A stretch of 64,000 nucleotides of DNA from NCBI GenBank assembly GCA_018711995.1, contig DVHO01000104.1, positions 18,367-82,366 of the forward strand, read 5' to 3'. Origin of the DNA: Candidatus Pelethousia gallinarum. GTDB lineage: Bacteria; Bacillota; Clostridia; Christensenellales; CAG-138. The notes under the pieces are model-generated. The model saw only the letters and a list, made by a program, of their open reading frames with translations. It was not told where the DNA came from and ran no database searches. Made by a program: the position numbers and the translations under genes. This document shows, one piece after another, positions 18,283 to 27,036 of the stretch (positions are counted from its first letter, which is position 1; the number at the start of each line of letters is the position of its first letter).

Positions 18283-18546
18283 TTATAAAAGATACTGCAA
18301 CAAGAATAGCACGATCACCCCTGGCACGCCGAACACGCCGGCCACCAGGGAGGAAAAGGGGGTAATGGGCAGAGCCAGCCCAAACAAGCCCCCGAAGAAA
18401 TTCACCACCAGCAGCAGCAACGCTCCCAGGATGGCGTTGAGCAGCAGCCGCCACAAAATTCGGAGGGGGACCGCCAGAAGTTTGCATACCAGCCAAAGAA
18501 GCAGCAGACCCGCCGCAAAAGCTGCCAACAACAGCAATGTTTCCAT
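18283..18546 (-). CDS. bofA: Pro-sigma-K processing inhibitor BofA
   Basis: 87 aa, two TM segments. ...ILGALLLLVVNFFGGLFGLALPITPFSSLVAGVFGVPGVIVLF resembles B. subtilis BofA. It follows a yaaL-like gene, as in Bacillus. Confidence 0.75.
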   Translation of the reverse strand: METLLLLAAFAAGLLLLWLVCKLLAVPLRILWRLLLNAILGALLLLVVNFFGGLFGLALPITPFSSLVAGVFGVPGVIVLFLLQYLL

Positions 18547-18587
18547 CCGATCCCCTCCTGTTCCCGGCTATGGTGTCCTAGCCGGTT

Positions 18588-18800
18588 TTATTCTACGGCA
18601 GCCGCCTCCTGGCTATACCGGCGCAATAGCAGCACGTATTTACGCCGGGCCGCCTCCATTTCGTAGATGGCAAAATCCATCAGATCCGTTTCCTGTACGC
18701 TCTGGAAATAGCGTTCCGCTTCTTTCCATTGGGCCAGGGCCTGCTCGATATCCCGCTTCCGGTCCTCTTGCGCCCCATCCCCATGTTTCCACAATGCCAT
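18588..18800 (-). CDS. yaaL: YaaL family protein (DUF2508)
   Basis: Small acidic helical protein immediately upstream of bofA, matching the Bacillus yaaL-bofA synteny. I place the start at the second Met (GGAGG 8 nt upstream) rather than at 18815. Confidence 0.6.
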   Translation of the reverse strand: MALWKHGDGAQEDRKRDIEQALAQWKEAERYFQSVQETDLMDFAIYEMEAARRKYVLLLRRYSQEAAAVE

Positions 18801-18889
18801 AAGAGCCACCTCCATAAATATGGGATTTCCATCCTATATGGAAGTATCTCCCGGGCCGTTTATTTTTATAACCGGGACCTGAAAACGGC

Positions 18890-19432
18890 TTAAATAAAGC
18901 CGCCCTTTTTCAGCAACTTGACGGTCCCAAACACCGCCGCCGTATATACGGGGATCATAATGGCTTGGTTAAGCAGCCGCACATACACGATTTGATAAGG
19001 CAGGCCGTACAACGCCATCAGCAATAGCGTATTACACAGCACAGAGCAAAATATTTGTCCTGCGGCGATGGATAAAAGCAAGCGTTTCCAGGTGACTGCC
19101 TGGCCTCTTTGGAAAAATAAGCCGGGGATCACCCCAAACAGCGCCCCGATCAAGGTAAACCAAGGGATCCAAGGTCCCTTGGGGAATAGCAGGGCGGGCA
19201 ACAGATCCACCACCATACCCACAATGCCCCCATAGGCTGGGCCATATAGCACAGCAGCCAGGATCACTGGCAGCACGGTTATGCCGATCTTTAAGGAATA
19301 CCCGGCTGCGGAGACCGCAGGCAACGGAATGGACAGGATTCCCAGCACCGTGCCCAACGCCGCCAAAAGGGCGCATATGGTCAGCTGCCGGGTCAATGGA
19401 TGTACGTTGGCTTGTTTTACATTTTGTTCCAT
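18890..19432 (-). CDS. folT: ECF transporter S component, folate family (FolT-like)
   Basis: 180 aa, about 5-6 TM segments, and a THF riboswitch directly upstream. Confidence 0.7.
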   Translation of the reverse strand: MEQNVKQANVHPLTRQLTICALLAALGTVLGILSIPLPAVSAAGYSLKIGITVLPVILAAVLYGPAYGGIVGMVVDLLPALLFPKGPWIPWFTLIGALFGVIPGLFFQRGQAVTWKRLLLSIAAGQIFCSVLCNTLLLMALYGLPYQIVYVRLLNQAIMIPVYTAAVFGTVKLLKKGGFI

Positions 19433-19503
19433 AAAAATAACCTCCTCTTTGCAGTCCTACTACAGTACATGAGGAGGCTTGACACCAGGGCCATCCTTAT
19501 GTA

Positions 19504-19621
19504 GCAGCGGGATGCGGATACCGCACCGCAAGCCGATGGCCGGCTATTCGTCCGCCCGGCAACTCCCCGTCCAGGCGGCACTCGTCATGAGCCCCATGAC
19601 ACGCGCAATATCCTACTCTGC
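19504..19621 (-). ncRNA. THF (tetrahydrofolate) riboswitch aptamer
   Basis: Minus RNA reads GCAGAGUAGGAUAUUGCGCGU...GGACGGGGAGUUGCC...GGACGAAUAG...GCGGUGCGGUAUCCGCAUCCCGCUGC. This matches the remembered THF-I signature AGAGUAG..GCGU..GGGA.GU..ACGAA..GCGGUG..GCAUCCGCU with P1 GCAG/CUGC. Downstream, CCUCCUC can pair with the folT SD GAGGAGG. Confidence 0.75.
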
Positions 19622-19666
19622 TTTTGCGGATTCATTCTATACCAAATCCAGCTCCATGTAAAGCCC

Positions 19667-21625
19667 CTATGCGCCGCTTTGCTCCGGCGTCTGCTGAAAA
19701 TCGATCCAATAGGTCGCCCGCACCTTTTCCCCCATGGTCTCCTCGTCCAGATAGGTATAATATAGCCGGTTGGCCCAGCTGGAAGCAGCGATCCGGGTAC
19801 TGGCCAGGTCGCATACCGGCTGGCTTTCCCCGCTTTCCAGCTGATAGGCCCACAGGGTATAGGGATAGGGGTCCTGAGGCTGGGGCGTTTGGGTGGCAGC
19901 CGCTTCCTCTCCGGCTTCCCCTGCGCTGCCGGAGAGCCGGTTTTCAAAATAATACAGAATGGACCCGTCCTGGCTCCAGACAAAGTCATATACGGCGAAA
20001 TCGTCGGTGATGGTTTGGGTTTGCCCGGTCTGCATATCCCGCAGCAGGAATTCGCCCCCCGCGCCTCCCGCAATGCTGGAAGCGCCGCTAATGGCCATGT
20101 AGGCGTTATTGGGGGAAAGGGCAAATGCGCCGCCTTGGCAAAAGGCTTTGCGCACGCCCCCTTCGGGCTTGATTTCGTAGATGGTATCCCCTTCCATTTC
20201 GCTTTGCACGAAGTATACCTCGCCGCCACAATAGCCGATATAGCCTTCGTTGGCCCCATTTTTATCCACCACCGTATGGCGCTTGGTTTCATCCGGCACG
20301 TTAAAGTCATAAGCATGGACCTGCATTTCCCCGCTGCCGCTCACCGCGAACAACATGCTGCCCATACTATCCCAACATAGGGCGCTCACCGTGTCCCCGA
20401 ACCCTGTCCGCGTCAGCTCGGTAATGATATCGCGGGTACCTACGTCCACCACATACAGGTTGGTGCGCTCCGCCTCCCGCTCTAATACGGCCAGTTTTCT
20501 TCCATCCGGTGAAAAGACAGCCCGCTCTACTGTGGCAAAGGCATAGTCCAGCAATCGTTTTTCCTTATCCTGGCTGTCCAGGATATACAGTTCTTCATAG
20601 CTGATGGCGTCTACACCAATGCCCTCTATGATCCGTTTGGAATACAAGATCCCGCCTCCCAGCCTACGGGGCACAGAGGAAAGGAAAATCCCGTCCGCCA
20701 GGCAAACCTGGGCGCCTGCCACCTGGCCGTTTCGGCGCTGCACCGCTTCTACAAAAGCGGCTTGTTGCCTGGCCGTTTCATCAAAGGCAGGCAAGCCGTC
20801 CGCCCCCAGCTGCACCGCCATCCAATCGCTTTCCAAGGCGCTGGGGTTTTGCTCCAAAATCTGCCGTTTTGCCAATTCCGCCTCAATATCCGAAGCATAT
20901 GCCTGGGAGATAAGCACCACCTGATCCAAACTGGAGGTATACGTGGGGGTCATTTGCTCCGCGCCCAATAGGGTACCTTCGCAATAATCCCGGAACCCAT
21001 TGCCGATCAAATACCAGGGCGCCTCTTCCGCCTCTTGTTCCGGCTGGGCTTCCTGGACCACAGGCAAAAGGGTAACGCTCAACTGTCCCCCCTGCTCCTG
21101 GATCTGAAAGGCAGCGTCCTGCGCCAACTGGAAACATAGATAGACCGATTCCATAGGCTGGGGCTCCTCTTCCGCCGCTTCCGCAGCTTCCCCATCCAAG
21201 GGCGCATCGGTCTGTAAAGGAAGGGGATTGGCCAGCGCATAGCGGAAATAGCCTAAAACCAAACCGGATTTTTCCCAATCCCGGCGCTCAAAATCCCAAT
21301 AGCTCAACCCGTCAAACTGAAGCATCAGCCTGGCAGGGGCGGTTTCTATCCAGGCGCGATACTGGGGCACGCCCTGGGCTTCGCTTTCGTTTACCGTACC
21401 GCTCATGCGGCTGCCGGTTTTAAAGGTGAAGGTCAACTTCGTAGTTTCCCCGCTGGGGGTTACGGCCAGGGCATAGGCATTGGCCTCTGCGACGGCCTCC
21501 CCTCCTTCCAATGGGGTGTCCGCAAGGGTATATCCCTGGTATCGGTTGGTCTCCACCTCCTTTTGGCAGGCGCATAAAAGCACCAAGCAAAGAAGCGGCG
21601 CCAGCATTCTCCAGGCTCGTTTCAT
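19667..21625 (-). CDS. Lipoprotein with C-terminal WD40-like (TolB/PD40-type) beta-propeller
   Basis: 652 aa. Signal/lipobox-like N-terminus MKRAWRMLAPLLCLVLLCAC. C-terminal repeats of the FSPDGRKLA / SQDGSILYY type. Confidence 0.6.
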   Translation of the reverse strand: MKRAWRMLAPLLCLVLLCACQKEVETNRYQGYTLADTPLEGGEAVAEANAYALAVTPSGETTKLTFTFKTGSRMSGTVNESEAQGVPQYRAWIETAPARLMLQFDGLSYWDFERRDWEKSGLVLGYFRYALANPLPLQTDAPLDGEAAEAAEEEPQPMESVYLCFQLAQDAAFQIQEQGGQLSVTLLPVVQEAQPEQEAEEAPWYLIGNGFRDYCEGTLLGAEQMTPTYTSSLDQVVLISQAYASDIEAELAKRQILEQNPSALESDWMAVQLGADGLPAFDETARQQAAFVEAVQRRNGQVAGAQVCLADGIFLSSVPRRLGGGILYSKRIIEGIGVDAISYEELYILDSQDKEKRLLDYAFATVERAVFSPDGRKLAVLEREAERTNLYVVDVGTRDIITELTRTGFGDTVSALCWDSMGSMLFAVSGSGEMQVHAYDFNVPDETKRHTVVDKNGANEGYIGYCGGEVYFVQSEMEGDTIYEIKPEGGVRKAFCQGGAFALSPNNAYMAISGASSIAGGAGGEFLLRDMQTGQTQTITDDFAVYDFVWSQDGSILYYFENRLSGSAGEAGEEAAATQTPQPQDPYPYTLWAYQLESGESQPVCDLASTRIAASSWANRLYYTYLDEETMGEKVRATYWIDFQQTPEQSGA

Positions 21626-21746
21626 AAGCGATCCTCCATAAGGTACAATTCATTCTTTGGGGTCCTACGCTTTTTGATTATACCATAGAAACCCTGCAAA
21701 GGCGTTAAATTTATAGAATGTTTATAATTTGTTGGGTGGAAGGTCT

Positions 21747-21774
21747 TTGCATAGGCTAGTCAATTTGCTATAAT
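21747..21774 (+). promoter_or_regulatory. Sigma-A-type promoter candidate
   Basis: TTGCAT-16 nt-TATAAT, 48 nt upstream of the 21823 ATG, which has an AGGAGGG SD. Confidence 0.5.
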
Positions 21775-21822
21775 AACCAAAGACTATACTGGTCTAAGAC
21801 TATCCGCACAGGAGGGTTTTTT

Positions 21823-23679
21823 ATGAAATGTAAGGTATGCGGCGCAATCAATGAGGATTATCTCGAGTATTGCGAAAACTGCGCCGCGCCCCTCAAGGAA
21901 TCCCAGGCGGCCGCAGGAGAGCCCACCAGCGGCGGCGCCCGCGAGCAGCGAAGCTGGGATTTTGTTGCTTCTCCCGATTGGTCCAAGCCTGAGTTCAGCG
22001 CCAACACGGTAAGCGAAACCGATATTCCCGAGGGTTTTACCCCCCAATCTTTCCGCTCCCGTTTCAGCGCGGAACCTGTCCAGCAGCCCGCCTCCGCCTC
22101 TGCGCCAGAGGCCCCGGCAGCTGCCCAGGCCCCCAATTCCGTCCGGCGCAATAACCCCCAGAGCCAGCAGGCCAAGCGGAATTCCGTACGCCCGGCGTCA
22201 AAGGCAGCCCCTAGTGCCGTTTGTCCGGATTGCGGCGCGCCTCTTGCAGAAGGGCAACGTTTTTGCAACAGCTGCGGCAAAAACCTGGGACAACCTGCCG
22301 CTGTTTCCGCCCCTGTGGCGGCCGCCGGCGCTGCCGGCGCCCAGGCTGGCATCAAGTATGCCGATCCCTTGGACGAGGATATGTTCTCCTTCAACTATGA
22401 AGATGAGGAAGAGGCTACCCCCCGCCGGAAAAAGGGCGGCAATCGGTCCAACGCTTCGGCCCGTAGCGCCGCGCCCAAGCGTAACACCAGCCGTAAACGC
22501 AGCGGCCTTGCCATGGACAAGACCCTGCTCTTCTGGATCGCGGCCGGTGTTCTGATCCTTGCTCTGGTCGTGCTGGGCGTGGTGCTGGTCAGCAAAAACG
22601 GCGGCTTCTCCGGCCTCTTTGGCGGCATTTTCAGCAGCTCCCCCATCACCAAGGAGCCTGTCATCGAAAAAACCACCACAGATAGCGGCGTGCCCGCCTA
22701 CAATATCACCATCTACGCCAAGCGCAACAGCGTAGTGCATTTTGAGGGTGGTTCCATTGTAAAGGATACGCCGGTGACCAAGACCTCCAAGCCTATTACC
22801 CTGTGTGTTCCCGAGGCGGTTTGGGTACCCAGCGAGCCGGTGGAGGGCAACACCCTGGAGATCTATCCGGATATCACGGTTATCGCCAAGGACGGAACGG
22901 AAACGCCTGTGACCTTTGCAGAGCCCATTGTCATCTCCGTACCCACCTTGAACCTTTCCGTGACCGCGCCCAACACCCCGTCCTTTGAGACGGCAACGCC
23001 GGACATCACCTTCTCCGGCGTGGTGGATGATCCCACCAGCGCGGTATACGTAAACGACATGCAATTCACCGTGGACGAAGCCGGTGCCTTTGAGGGCGTC
23101 TACACCCTGGAGACCGAAGGCACCCATACCATCAATGTGGAGGCCCGCAAAAATGGCTATGCCATTGCCCGGCAGACCTTCCAGGTGACCTACAGCACCG
23201 GCGCCGCGACCACTCCTGGTACCACCGGCGGCGGCACCAGCAGTACCTCCACGCCTGGCACCATGCCTAGCGGAGCCACTGCGGTGGGCTATGTCACTTC
23301 TGACGGCCTGCGGGTACGTAGCGAGGCAAGTTCCGGCAGCGATGACACCATTCTGGGCGAGTTGCCTCTAAACCAGAAGGTGTACATCATGGAACAGGAT
23401 GTGGGCAATTCCTGGGCCAAGATCCTGTACAACGGGAGCGAAGCCTATGTCTCCAACCTTTACATCAAGATCGTGGACAATTATACCGTCAAAGATGCCA
23501 CGGTCACCACGGACAGCCTGAATGCCCGGGCCGGTTCTTCCAGTTCCACCGAATCCCTGCTCAAGCTGCCCCTGAATACCAAGGTCAGCTACATCAGCGA
23601 CGCAGGCAATGGCTGGAGCCTGGTGGAGTACAACGACAAGATCTTCTTTGTCGCCACGGATTATCTGGACATTGCCTAA
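21823..23679 (+). CDS. Membrane protein: two N-terminal zinc-ribbons, one TM segment, extracellular region ending in two SH3b-like domains
   Basis: 618 aa. CKVCGAINEDYLEYCENC and CPDCGAPLAEGQRFCNSCG. TM segment LLFWIAAGVLILALVVLGVVLV. C-terminal GYVTSDGLRVRSEAS...WAKILYNGSEAYV and ATVTTDSLNARAGSS...WSLVEYNDKIFFV. Confidence 0.7.
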   Translation: MKCKVCGAINEDYLEYCENCAAPLKESQAAAGEPTSGGAREQRSWDFVASPDWSKPEFSANTVSETDIPEGFTPQSFRSRFSAEPVQQPASASAPEAPAAAQAPNSVRRNNPQSQQAKRNSVRPASKAAPSAVCPDCGAPLAEGQRFCNSCGKNLGQPAAVSAPVAAAGAAGAQAGIKYADPLDEDMFSFNYEDEEEATPRRKKGGNRSNASARSAAPKRNTSRKRSGLAMDKTLLFWIAAGVLILALVVLGVVLVSKNGGFSGLFGGIFSSSPITKEPVIEKTTTDSGVPAYNITIYAKRNSVVHFEGGSIVKDTPVTKTSKPITLCVPEAVWVPSEPVEGNTLEIYPDITVIAKDGTETPVTFAEPIVISVPTLNLSVTAPNTPSFETATPDITFSGVVDDPTSAVYVNDMQFTVDEAGAFEGVYTLETEGTHTINVEARKNGYAIARQTFQVTYSTGAATTPGTTGGGTSSTSTPGTMPSGATAVGYVTSDGLRVRSEASSGSDDTILGELPLNQKVYIMEQDVGNSWAKILYNGSEAYVSNLYIKIVDNYTVKDATVTTDSLNARAGSSSSTESLLKLPLNTKVSYISDAGNGWSLVEYNDKIFFVATDYLDIA

Positions 23680-23690
23680 TAGCGCGGCAA

Positions 23691-23726
23691 CAACAAAAAA
23701 GCCCCCTGCGGGGGCTTTTTTTGTTG
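23691..23726. terminator. Bidirectional intrinsic terminator
   Basis: AAAAAAGCCCCC-tgcg-GGGGGCTTTTTT, with A and T tracts on both sides. It lies between convergent genes. Confidence 0.8.
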
Positions 23727-23838
23727 CCGTTTCCCCTTCCCATGGCGCCGGGTCCTTTCTTTGAAGCCCTCCAAAGGGGCTGAGAAAAAGCGTCGGACCG
23801 GCTGGCTGTTTTGCCCGCTGGCCCGGCGAATCGCCAGG

Positions 23839-24042
23839 TTATTCTTCGTGCTTAATGTGGTCCCGGCGAAACAGCAGCGTAATGCCCCAAAGCCCCGCAA
23901 GGCCCACTACAGTATATAGGATGCGGGAAATGGTGCTGCCCATACCGCCGAAAATGGCTGCGATCAGATCGAACTGGAACAGGCCGATCATGCCCCAATT
24001 CAGGGCACCAACAATTACGAGAATCAATGCAAGCGTATCCAT
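23839..24042 (-). CDS. DUF378 family small membrane protein
   Basis: 67 aa. LILVIVGALNWGMIGLFQFDLIAAIFG is the characteristic DUF378 pattern. Confidence 0.75.
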   Translation of the reverse strand: MDTLALILVIVGALNWGMIGLFQFDLIAAIFGGMGSTISRILYTVVGLAGLWGITLLFRRDHIKHEE

Positions 24043-24130
24043 AGGAAAACTCCTTTTCTAAGATGCTCCTAGCATTTCCCTCCGGAAGCCTATGGATACA
24101 TGGAAATTTTTTCTGTGGGTTTACAGCCCC

Positions 24131-24418
24131 TTATCCCCGGGGTTTGGGGGCTTGGCTGTCCGGGATGGCCTCGATCTCTAGCCGGTCAAAGGCGATGGGC
24201 TCCATAAAATCCGCTGCCTTGAATATCGCCCGTCCAAATCGGTCGATATCCTGCAAATGCTTTCGTAAGATCACAGGCCTGGAAAGATCCAGGGTATGAC
24301 AGGCTTCTCCGATCAGGTCGCCCCAATCCTCCACCTGTTCCCGTTTTTGATATTCCGTCTGTAGGGTAACCTCCCCAATGATCCGATGGCCTTTGCGTAT
24401 GGTAGCCCATATCCTCAT
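24131..24418 (-). CDS. Hypothetical protein (95 aa)
   Basis: This is the in-frame Met76 of the 170-aa track ORF (MRIWATIRKGHRIIGEVTLQ...). The upstream 75 codons are Gly/Arg-rich and overlap the 82-aa gene. Its ATG overlaps the upstream TGA (ATGA). Confidence 0.55.
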   Translation of the reverse strand: MRIWATIRKGHRIIGEVTLQTEYQKREQVEDWGDLIGEACHTLDLSRPVILRKHLQDIDRFGRAIFKAADFMEPIAFDRLEIEAIPDSQAPKPRG

Positions 24419-24663
24419 AGCATCCGCCTCCAATCCCGGGGATATCCTTCCTCGTCCCCAAGCGCCGCCTCCACCCCGGGATCCGGCCCCTCCTGGGGCA
24501 AAACGGAAAACCGGTCCCGCAGGGCGGCTACGTCCAGCGGGCCGGATACGCTGCCCATACAGTCCCGGCATACGTTGCCGCAGGCCGGACAGCAGCACCC
24601 GCTTTCCAGCCCCCGCTCCCGCTGCACCATATAGGTGCCGCACGCTTTACAGCTGCATCGCAT
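24415..24663 (-). CDS. Cys-rich small protein (82 aa, zinc-ribbon-like)
   Basis: MRCSCKACGTYMVQRERGLESGCCCPACGNVCRDCMG.... TAGGAGG lies 7 nt upstream of the ATG, and the gene starts 12 nt after the upstream lipoprotein gene. Confidence 0.55.
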   Translation of the reverse strand: MRCSCKACGTYMVQRERGLESGCCCPACGNVCRDCMGSVSGPLDVAALRDRFSVLPQEGPDPGVEAALGDEEGYPRDWRRML

Positions 24664-24674
24664 AGCCCTGCCTC

Positions 24675-25631
24675 CTACATTTCGCTTTGTTCCATGGCTG
24701 ATTCTTCATCCGCAGCCATCCCATCACCCCCGGCTTGGCTCCCTTCCGCAGTTCCAGCGCCCTCCTCTGTCGGCGCTTCTTCTATCGCCGGCGCCTCTTC
24801 CGCCACCGGCGCTTCTTCCATCGCCGGAGCCTCTTCCCATGAGGCTCCCTCTGAGGTTGCCCCGCTTTCTTCCTGGCTGGCCGCTTGGATGTCCTGCTCC
24901 ACCTTTTTTAATGGGCTATCCGATGGGATAAAGTCCGCCAGCTGGGTAATCGGAATGGCAAACTCCGGCGCGCCGGCGGACCAAGTAGCGATTTCAAATA
25001 GTTCATATGCCAACACCAGTTCATCTTGGGTAATATAAAACTTTTGATCGTCCCCAATGGGCATTACGTCGCTGAGCAAAGTAATGCCCCGGGCTTCCGC
25101 CTGGGCCATAACGATATCCGGCATGATCCCCCGCCAACGGGTATCCGTTGGGTCCAAAAGATCGCCCACGCTACATAGCTGGCCGTTGGACACGTCAAAG
25201 GTAAAAAACAGGGTCTTTAGCAATTCGTTCCCGTCGCCGTAGAGGTCATATAGTTCCATGCGCAGGGAAAACAATCCGTTTCGATTGTATTCGATTCGGT
25301 ATTGGGTAAAAATAGCCGTGCTTACCGATGCAGCCCGTTGCGCCGTAAGTTCGCAAATGGAACGGTTAATCTCCTCTCCATGGGCGCAATAAAGCACCTT
25401 TGGGTAAACAATATAACCATCGCCACAGCTTTCCACCGCCCGAATGATGGTCAAGGGGGCTACCCCATCATCTGGGCCTGGGGTTGGGGTGTTGGGCTGT
25501 AAGTCGCTTAAAAGCAGCTGCTCCTGCTCGATATCATCCAAGGTAATGGATACGGTAGAGGGCGCGCTGCAAGCGCAACAGCAGAATAGCCCCGCCCCAA
25601 CGGCAAGGGCAGCCAATAAGATTTGCCGCAT
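24675..25631 (-). CDS. Exported protein with DUF3298/DUF4163-like (RsiV/PdaC-like) domain and acidic C-terminal repeats
   Basis: I place the start at MRQILLAALAVGAGLFCCCAC (AAGGAGG 7 nt upstream). The core ...YRIEYNRNGLFSLRMELYDLY...DELVLAYELFEIATWSAGAPEFAIP resembles DUF3298. The C-terminus has EEAPxx repeats. Confidence 0.6.
   Translation of the reverse strand: MRQILLAALAVGAGLFCCCACSAPSTVSITLDDIEQEQLLLSDLQPNTPTPGPDDGVAPLTIIRAVESCGDGYIVYPKVLYCAHGEEINRSICELTAQRAASVSTAIFTQYRIEYNRNGLFSLRMELYDLYGDGNELLKTLFFTFDVSNGQLCSVGDLLDPTDTRWRGIMPDIVMAQAEARGITLLSDVMPIGDDQKFYITQDELVLAYELFEIATWSAGAPEFAIPITQLADFIPSDSPLKKVEQDIQAASQEESGATSEGASWEEAPAMEEAPVAEEAPAIEEAPTEEGAGTAEGSQAGGDGMAADEESAMEQSEM
24762..24836 (-). 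repeat. Four tandem 18-nt coding repeats (EEAPAM/EEAPVA/EEAPAI/EEAPTE)
   Basis: Visible in the DNA as repeated ggcgc(c/t)tcttcc...cgcc units, and in the protein as EEAPAMEEAPVAEEAPAIEEAPTEE. Confidence 0.6.
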
Positions 25632-25695
25632 GGCAGGACCTCCTTTCTCACCATAGGCAAAGTATAGCACGACCTGTCCGGGGCTGTGTATGAAT

Positions 25696-26877
25696 TTAGC
25701 GTGAATTCACCAAAATGGTCTCTGTATCCGCCATGGCCTGCTGGATCATCTGCGTCCAATCCACCAAGGCTTCGCTCTCCCGGAGCTTCTCCACCGTAGG
25801 TTTGGTGACCGGGTGCTGGGGCACGAATACAGTACAACAATCCTCATAGGGCAAAATGGAGGTTTCAAAAGTATCGATCTTTTTGGCGATGGCGATGATC
25901 TCCTCCTTATCAAAGCCGATCAAGGGCCGGAATACCGGCATGGCTACCGCGTCGTCGGTAACGCAGAGGCTCTCGATGGTCTGGCTGGCCACCTGTCCCA
26001 AAGCTTCGCCGGTGATCAACGCCCGGCTGCCGTCCTGCTTGGCCCAGGCCTCGGCAATGCGCATCATCAGCCGCCGCATTAAAACCGTGGTTTCCTTGGG
26101 CGGGCATTGCTCGTAGATGGTGAGCTGGATCTGGGTAAAGGGCACCAAATGCAGCTGGATCGGCCCCGCATAGCGGGCGATGATCCGGGTAAGATCCACC
26201 ACCTTATCCCTGGCCCGCTCGCTGGTATAGGGGTAGCTGTAAAAATGCACCGCCGTCAATTCCAGGCCACGTTTTGCCATCATGAAGCCGGCAACCGGGC
26301 TATCGATGCCTCCGGAGATCAACAACGTGGCCCGGCCGGCAGTACCTGTGGGCATACCGTTGGGACCGGGGATCTCCTCGGTATACAGGAAGGCCTTCTC
26401 CCGCACCTCCACCCAGACCTGCATCTGGGGATGATGCACGTCCACGCCCAGCTGAGGATACGCCTCCAGAATGGCATGGCCCAGTTCCCGGTTGACGGTT
26501 TCGCTGTTCATGGGGAACTTTTTATCTGCCCGGCGGCAGAAGCACTTGAAGGTGGAAATCCCAGGCTGGCGTTCCAGGGTCCTGCCCACCAGGGCCAGGG
26601 CCGCCGACTCGATGGCCGGATACGCCTTATCCACGGCCACGGCGGGGCTGATCCCATGGATGCCAAAGACCCGGCTAAGCCTGTCCACCGCCTCATCCCG
26701 CTTTTCTTCGCTTACGCCAAATACATAGATGCGGCCTTGGTCCTGCCGCACCTTGATGGGCAAGGATAGATCCCGCAGGGCGTTCTTGATGCCCTGGATG
26801 AGTTTTTGTTCAAAAAACGGCCGGTTCAACCCCTTTAGATGGATCTCCCCATAGCGTACCAGCAATACCTGTTCCAT
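25696..26877 (-). CDS. thiI: tRNA 4-thiouridine(8) synthase ThiI
   Basis: I place the start at MEQVLLVRYGEIHLKGLNRPFFE (Met22 of the track ORF). The PP-loop LLISGGIDSPVA is present. It lies downstream of a cysteine desulfurase. Confidence 0.9.
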   Translation of the reverse strand: MEQVLLVRYGEIHLKGLNRPFFEQKLIQGIKNALRDLSLPIKVRQDQGRIYVFGVSEEKRDEAVDRLSRVFGIHGISPAVAVDKAYPAIESAALALVGRTLERQPGISTFKCFCRRADKKFPMNSETVNRELGHAILEAYPQLGVDVHHPQMQVWVEVREKAFLYTEEIPGPNGMPTGTAGRATLLISGGIDSPVAGFMMAKRGLELTAVHFYSYPYTSERARDKVVDLTRIIARYAGPIQLHLVPFTQIQLTIYEQCPPKETTVLMRRLMMRIAEAWAKQDGSRALITGEALGQVASQTIESLCVTDDAVAMPVFRPLIGFDKEEIIAIAKKIDTFETSILPYEDCCTVFVPQHPVTKPTVEKLRESEALVDWTQMIQQAMADTETILVNSR

Positions 26878-27036
26878 ACATTCCCCTTTGTTTTTTCGTA
26901 ATGGTTTTATTGTATCCCGCGCCCCTTTCGGCTTGTCCAAAAAGGAGGGGCCTAACTGCGATCGTTGCCCGCCCTTGAAGCGGCCTTCAGGAAAACGGGG
27001 CGGCGGGAACCCCCGCCGCCGGGTCTTTAAGTAGGG

